From: Burkholderiaceae bacterium
Lineage (GTDB): Bacteria; Pseudomonadota; Gammaproteobacteria; Burkholderiales; Burkholderiaceae_E
Reading direction: 5' to 3'
Assembly (NCBI GenBank): GCA_035540315.1
Contig: DATLGW010000287.1
Span: forward strand, 1-29,286
Length of the DNA stretch: 29,286 nt
Shown piece by piece: positions 25,276-29,286 of this stretch (position 1 is its first letter; each line of letters starts with the position of its first letter). The notes under the pieces are model-generated. The model did no database searches. It saw only the letters and a list, made by a program, of their open reading frames with translations, and was not told where the DNA came from. Made by a program: the position numbers and the translations under genes.

Positions 25276-26719
25276 AACGCTCCCTCAGGAAGTAGATCAT
25301 CGGAACCCGCGCACGCCGCTCGCTGCCGTCGGCGCCCTGCCACGCGACGATCTCGGTCTCATCGCTCAATTGCCCATGCCGCGCACCCAGCGCCACGTAG
25401 CCGACCACGCTGCCCAGCCCCTGTTCGGCCGGGAACGCCTGCAGCAGCTGCGCGATCGAGGTCTGGCTGCACTGCGCCAGCATCGCGCGGATGTGCTGCC
25501 TGAGCGTGCGAAAGTCGATCTCGGACTGGCGCACCAGCTCGCCCACCACGTCCAGCCCGATCTCGGCCGGCGCGGCATCGTGCATCCCCGGCGAATCCAG
25601 GCGCAATGCGGGATCGTACATGACCCACTGCGACACCGACCGCAGCTGGCTGCTGGTCAGCGTCAACCACAGGTCGAGCGGTCGAGTCGGCCGGCCAGCG
25701 TCGCGCGCCTCGAGCGCAGCGCGCTGCGCATCCCGCAGCAACGAATGCAGTCGGCGCTGCTCGAGGTATTCGCGGCTCTGCACGAAACGCTTCAGGCTGC
25801 GCGCGAAGTGCTGCAGCACGTCGTGCACGCTGCCGCCCTCGTCGAGCAGCACCGCAGTCAGCCGCAACAGGAATCGGCGCTCGCGCGGCTGCAGGCTGCG
25901 GGAGAACGGCCGCGACATCACGTCCGACAGCGACCCTTCCAGCGTCGACGACTGTTCCGGATCCGTCAGCAGCCGCCAGAACGCCGCGAAGGTGCGGCCA
26001 GCGTCGCTGTCGGCGATCAGATCGACACCCGCGAACAGCGCATCGAGCACCTCGCCGCGGGCGCCGTCACTGTCGATCAGGCTCTCGCGCAGCTGGCGAT
26101 TCAGCTTGTCGAATTCGTCACGCACGCGCCGGAAGTCGCCGGCCAGCTCGTCGGCGAGAGCGATGATCTCGCGCGCTCGCTCCAGCGCCCGGTCGTCCGG
26201 CAGCGAGCGGACGACCCCCGCCTGGACGGCCTGGATCTCGCGGTCGATCCGCTCGCGCTCGGTTGCCAGCGCCGCGAGCCGCGTGTCGGGGTTGGTGTCC
26301 GTTTCCTCTGCCAATCGCGCCAGCTGCCGGATCACCGTCGCAAGCCGGCTCTCGGTCGCCGCCACGCGCGGCGCCTCCAGCGTCGCGGCGAACCTGATCG
26401 CCTGGGCAGCCTCGGACGTCAGCTCGTATTCCTCCTCGCTGGCCCCGGGCCGAAAGTGCCGGGTCAGCCACCCCTGCCCCAGCCAGTCGGCGACGTACGC
26501 CTGCGCGGGCTGCGGCAAGTCTTCCCCGACCGCGCGCAGCTGATCCAGCTCGCGTCCGAGCCGCTCGTGCAGCACCGAGCTCGGCAGCGTCTTCTCTCCG
26601 TCCGCCAGCAACGCCTGCAGCAGCGCGAGGATCGCCGGTGCCTTGTCGGCGGCGAGCAGGCGCCACAGCGGCCGGCTTCGGTGCTTTCGAAGAATGTTGA
26701 CGGTGCGCGTGGCGGTCAT
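25256..26719 (-). CDS. jetA: Wadjet JetA (DUF3375, MukF-like)
   Basis: WRLLAADKAP, YVADWLGQGWL, ATESRL, SDAGRTFAAFW and SLKRFVQSREYLEQRRL motifs. ATG 26719 preferred; the track ORF starts at GTG 26779. Confidence 0.93.
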   Translation of the reverse strand: MTATRTVNILRKHRSRPLWRLLAADKAPAILALLQALLADGEKTLPSSVLHERLGRELDQLRAVGEDLPQPAQAYVADWLGQGWLTRHFRPGASEEEYELTSEAAQAIRFAATLEAPRVAATESRLATVIRQLARLAEETDTNPDTRLAALATERERIDREIQAVQAGVVRSLPDDRALERAREIIALADELAGDFRRVRDEFDKLNRQLRESLIDSDGARGEVLDALFAGVDLIADSDAGRTFAAFWRLLTDPEQSSTLEGSLSDVMSRPFSRSLQPRERRFLLRLTAVLLDEGGSVHDVLQHFARSLKRFVQSREYLEQRRLHSLLRDAQRAALEARDAGRPTRPLDLWLTLTSSQLRSVSQWVMYDPALRLDSPGMHDAAPAEIGLDVVGELVRQSEIDFRTLRQHIRAMLAQCSQTSIAQLLQAFPAEQGLGSVVGYVALGARHGQLSDETEIVAWQGADGSERRARVPMIYFLRERYAELAE

Positions 26720-26808
26720 GCGGGCAATGGTAGGACGAGGCGTTTCCGTCGGTCCAATTGTGGGCTGATACGGGCTCACCGGACGAGCTCGAACGGCAGT
26801 ACGGCTGC

Positions 26809-26837
26809 TTGCTTTCTATCCGTCAGTGACGTATAGT
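26809..26837 (+). promoter_or_regulatory. Sigma70-type promoter of higBA, probably giving a leaderless mRNA
   Basis: TTGCTT (26809-26814) - 17 nt - TATAGT (26832-26837) - 7 nt - ATG 26845; no SD; palindrome TGAC-gtata-GTCA overlaps the -10. Confidence 0.6.
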
Positions 26838-26844
26838 CATCCGC

Positions 26845-27159
26845 ATGTATACGCTCATCGAGACGCCCACTTTCGTCGCTGATGCGAACGAGCTGTGGAC
26901 TGAAGATGAGAGGCTGGAGTTCTTCGAATGCCTAGCAAACAATCCGGATGCCGGGGACGTCATCCCGGGAAGCGGCGGATGCCGCAAGGTACGCTGGTCG
27001 CGCGCGGGGTCCGGGAAGCGAGGCGGAGCTCGGGTCATCTACTTCACGCGGCTCGCCGCCGGGGAGATCTGGCTCCTGTTGGCGTACGCGAATTCCGTTC
27101 GAGATGATATTCCTGCTCATCTGCTCAACGCAATTCGTGAGGAGATCGAAGATGGGTAA
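26845..27159 (+). CDS. higB: RelE/ParE-superfamily toxin (HigB-like)
   Basis: IETPTF, NPDAGDVIPGSGGCRKVRW, GKRGGARVIY and LLLAYA motifs; toxin-first gene order. Confidence 0.9.
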   Translation: MYTLIETPTFVADANELWTEDERLEFFECLANNPDAGDVIPGSGGCRKVRWSRAGSGKRGGARVIYFTRLAAGEIWLLLAYANSVRDDIPAHLLNAIREEIEDG

Positions 27160-27451
27160 CCGCACCCCCAAGAAATCGGCAGGTGAAGCGCTGGGGCTCA
27201 AGCTGCTGAAATCGGTCCGTGAAATGAAGGCGGGTCAGGCGGCTCGCGTGACGGAGGTCGCGCCCAACGAAGTTGCTCTGGCCCGGCATAGATCGGGGCT
27301 CTCGCAAAGCGAATTCGCGGACGCCCTGGGAATCTCCAAGCGCACTCTTCAAGAGTGGGAGCAAGGTCGGCGCTCCCCATCGGGTGCGGCGCAAACCCTG
27401 ATTCGCATCGCCCAGCGCCATCCCGAAGTGGTAAGGGAGGCGCTAGAGTAA
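27152..27451 (+). CDS. higA: HTH (Xre) antitoxin, HigA-like
   Basis: ATG 27152 overlaps the toxin end; ARHRSGLSQSEFADALGISKRTLQEWEQGRRSPSGAAQTLI is an HTH_3 signature. Confidence 0.92.
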   Translation: MGNRTPKKSAGEALGLKLLKSVREMKAGQAARVTEVAPNEVALARHRSGLSQSEFADALGISKRTLQEWEQGRRSPSGAAQTLIRIAQRHPEVVREALE

Positions 27452-27522
27452 GCATCACGGCGTACACCGGAACCGCGCGCCCTGGGCGATGCCGCCTTTG
27501 CCGCAAGACGCTGAATCGCGCG

Positions 27523-27930
27523 CTACGACTGCCTCCGCGGCCTGCCGCCCTTGGCGCCGTTGCGCCGCGCCGCGGCAGCCTTGGCCTCGGATCGGCGAGC
27601 GCCACCGATCCTGCCGATCTGGGACATCCATTGCCGGGTACCCGACAACCCGCGGACAAGCGCGGGAACGTAGAGATCCGCGTCGAGCTGGGGCCAGTGC
27701 AATCCCAGGCCCGTGGGGGAAATCCGGATATCCCGCAACTTCGTCGCCGGCGCATTCGCGAGTCCTTGCGCCTGCGCGACGGGGAATGAGAAAGCCCAGT
27801 CGGTATCCAGCTCGACCAGAACCCTGCCTCTGGAGTACTTAGCGGCAATCGCCTTTGGGCTGCGTTGCAGCACACGGCGCCCGCGCGCGTTCGCTTTGCG
27901 GAACTCGCTGTCGGTGGGACGATCAGCCAT
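27523..27930 (-). CDS. DUF2442-domain protein (predicted antitoxin) with basic C-terminal tail
   Basis: ISPTGLGLHWPQLDADLYVPAL motif; tail SEAKAAAARRNGAKGGRPRR. Confidence 0.85.
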   Translation of the reverse strand: MADRPTDSEFRKANARGRRVLQRSPKAIAAKYSRGRVLVELDTDWAFSFPVAQAQGLANAPATKLRDIRISPTGLGLHWPQLDADLYVPALVRGLSGTRQWMSQIGRIGGARRSEAKAAAARRNGAKGGRPRRQS

Positions 27931-28168
27931 GTATCTCGCCCCAGCGACCGCACAACAGCGGCAGCCGGCCTCGAACCTGATGGCTTGCGGACGCTATTTC
28001 TCGTTCCGAGAAGCCGAAGTTGTCCCGCAACCGCACCCGCCCCAGAGCGCACAGTAGCTCGAAAACCGCCTCCGCGTGCGGCGCGATGACGTGCACGTGC
28101 GGGGGTCGATGGTCGTTCGAATAAATCACGACTCGCCAGCCCTGCTGCGTTCTGAAGATCGTCGCCAA
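27923..28168 (-). CDS. DUF4160-domain protein (HicA-like predicted toxin)
   Basis: VVIYSNDHRPPHVHV motif; TTG start at 28168 (track ORF starts at 28204); 8-nt overlap with DUF2442. Confidence 0.85.
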   Translation of the reverse strand: MATIFRTQQGWRVVIYSNDHRPPHVHVIAPHAEAVFELLCALGRVRLRDNFGFSEREIASASHQVRGRLPLLCGRWGEIHG

Positions 28169-28271
28169 TGATAACCCAACCGCGCTTCGGTTGTCATCTT
28201 GCAACGATCCTGCCGCCTCGGTGGGTGATGCGAAATTGTTCTGTCGCGCTAGCGCCGGTTTCCGGGAGGGC

Positions 28272-28300
28272 TTGACGTGTAATTATGAATCCCATAGCGT
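28272..28300 (+). promoter_or_regulatory. Candidate sigma70 promoter of the SMP-30 gene
   Basis: TTGACG (28272-28277) - 17 nt - TAGCGT (28295-28300); short palindromes CGTATACG and CGTAC-ga-GTACG just downstream. Confidence 0.45.
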
Positions 28301-28353
28301 ATACGTCTGCGTACGAGTACGGTGTCGGCGTGAGCTATGATTCGGTCATACTG

Positions 28354-29286
28354 ATGACGGTCCCTGCCGGCGCGGGGTTGAACCGCCCCGAGTGCCTCCT
28401 CGCCACCCGCCGCGGCGACCTCTACGCCGCCGACTTCCGCGGCGGCGTCGCCCACCTGCACCCCGACGCCACCACCACCCTCTACCTCGGCACCAAACCC
28501 GACGGCGCTCCGCTGAAGCCCAACGGCATCGCCCTCCGCCCCGACAACTCCTTCCTCATCGCCGACCTCTCCCCCGAATCCGGCGGCGTCTTCAACCTCT
28601 TCCGCGACGGCCGCGTCGAAGTCATTCTCGACCACCTCGACGGCAAGCCGCTGCCCCCGACGAACTTCGTCACCCAGGACTACGCCGGCCGCATCTGGGC
28701 CACCGTCAGCACCCGCCTCGTCCCCCGCGCGCTCGGCTACCGCAAGACCTGCAACGACGGCTTCATCGTCCTGATCGACGATCGAGGACCGCGCATCGTC
28801 GCCGACGGCTTGGGCTACACGAACGAGTGCGCGATCGATCCGCAGCACCGCTGGCTGTACGTGAACGAGACGTTCGGGCGCCGAATGTCGCGCTTCAAGT
28901 TGCTCGCCGACGGGCTGAGCCAACGCGAAACCGTCACCGAGTTCGGCGCCGGTACGTTCCCCGACGGCCTTGCGTTCGATGCGGCAGGCGCGCTGTGGGT
29001 CACGAGCATCGTCAGCAACCGCGTGATCCGCGTGTTGCCGGAGACGGGCGAGCAGCAGCTGATCCTGGAGGACTCTGACGCGGAGCACCTGGCCTGGGTC
29101 GAGCAGGCCTACCAGGCGGGCGAACTCGGCCGCCCGCACCTGGACACGGTCAAGAGCAAGACGCTGCGCAACATCTCGAGCCTCGCGTTCGGCGGCCCGG
29201 ATCTGCGCACCGCGTACCTCGGCTGCCTGCTCGGCGATTCGATCGCAACGTTTCGCACCGACGTTCCTGGCGCGCCGCCGGTGCAC
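28354..29286 (+). CDS. SMP-30/gluconolactonase/LRE-family beta-propeller (runs off the right edge)
   Basis: Manual translation: GLNRPECLL, KPNGIAL, PTNFV, DGLGYTNE, LYVNET, FPDGLAFD and SSLAFGGPDLRTAYL. ATG 28354 or GTG 28330. Not in the ORF track because it is truncated. Confidence 0.92.
   Translation, partial: MTVPAGAGLNRPECLLATRRGDLYAADFRGGVAHLHPDATTTLYLGTKPDGAPLKPNGIALRPDNSFLIADLSPESGGVFNLFRDGRVEVILDHLDGKPLPPTNFVTQDYAGRIWATVSTRLVPRALGYRKTCNDGFIVLIDDRGPRIVADGLGYTNECAIDPQHRWLYVNETFGRRMSRFKLLADGLSQRETVTEFGAGTFPDGLAFDAAGALWVTSIVSNRVIRVLPETGEQQLILEDSDAEHLAWVEQAYQAGELGRPHLDTVKSKTLRNISSLAFGGPDLRTAYLGCLLGDSIATFRTDVPGAPPVH

Larger units (their letters stand above)
13898..28270. mobile_element. 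Defence-island-like accessory region; boundaries approximate, no integrase seen
   Basis: Wadjet, SWIM-SNF2, AAA-DUF4143 and five TA-type modules or remnants sit between two metabolic genes. No att sites were found. Confidence 0.55.

Noticed and set aside
5155-28330. Integron cassette array explanation for the many short genes and TA modules
   Set aside because: No GTTRRRY/RYYYAAC attC-like structures recognised in intergenic regions, no integrase, and mixed gene orientations.
28249-29286. Track ORFs 28249..29286 (-) and 28392..29078 (+)
   Set aside because: Shadows of the SMP-30 gene; the Pro/Arg richness comes from the local C skew.
1-29286. CRISPR arrays, tRNA/rRNA, IS elements, reverse transcriptases
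   Set aside because: None recognised on either strand: no regularly spaced repeats, transposase ORFs or terminal inverted repeats.

Overview
High-GC window (roughly 68-70% by eye), probably betaproteobacterial given the Bug/TctC gene (inference). Left part: partial livH-livM ABC permeases, a LysR regulator divergent from a nitrilase + malonyl-CoA decarboxylase pair, then a small accessory block (RES-Xre toxin-antitoxin, orphan ORF, cupin, sirtuin remnant, SDR, yaeQ). Middle: a Bug - amidohydrolase - D-amino-acid-dehydrogenase-like - VOC operon, divergent from a nitrilase-superfamily amidase. From about 13.9 to 28.3 kb there is a defence-island-like block with no recognisable integrase. It holds an AAA+/DUF4143 ATPase, a SWIM-SNF2 helicase, a complete type I Wadjet operon (jetABCD), intact HigBA and DUF4160/DUF2442 pairs, and several broken TA modules. 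The window ends in a partial SMP-30/gluconolactonase gene. The least expected signal is a mirror-image G/C skew in the synonymous codons of the two genes flanking the island. Other leads are the SWIM-SNF2 locus with a decayed downstream partner, the exact truncation of a vapC at the jetD stop, and the nitrilase-malonyl-CoA decarboxylase coupling. All family calls come from motif recognition by eye; no database search was run.
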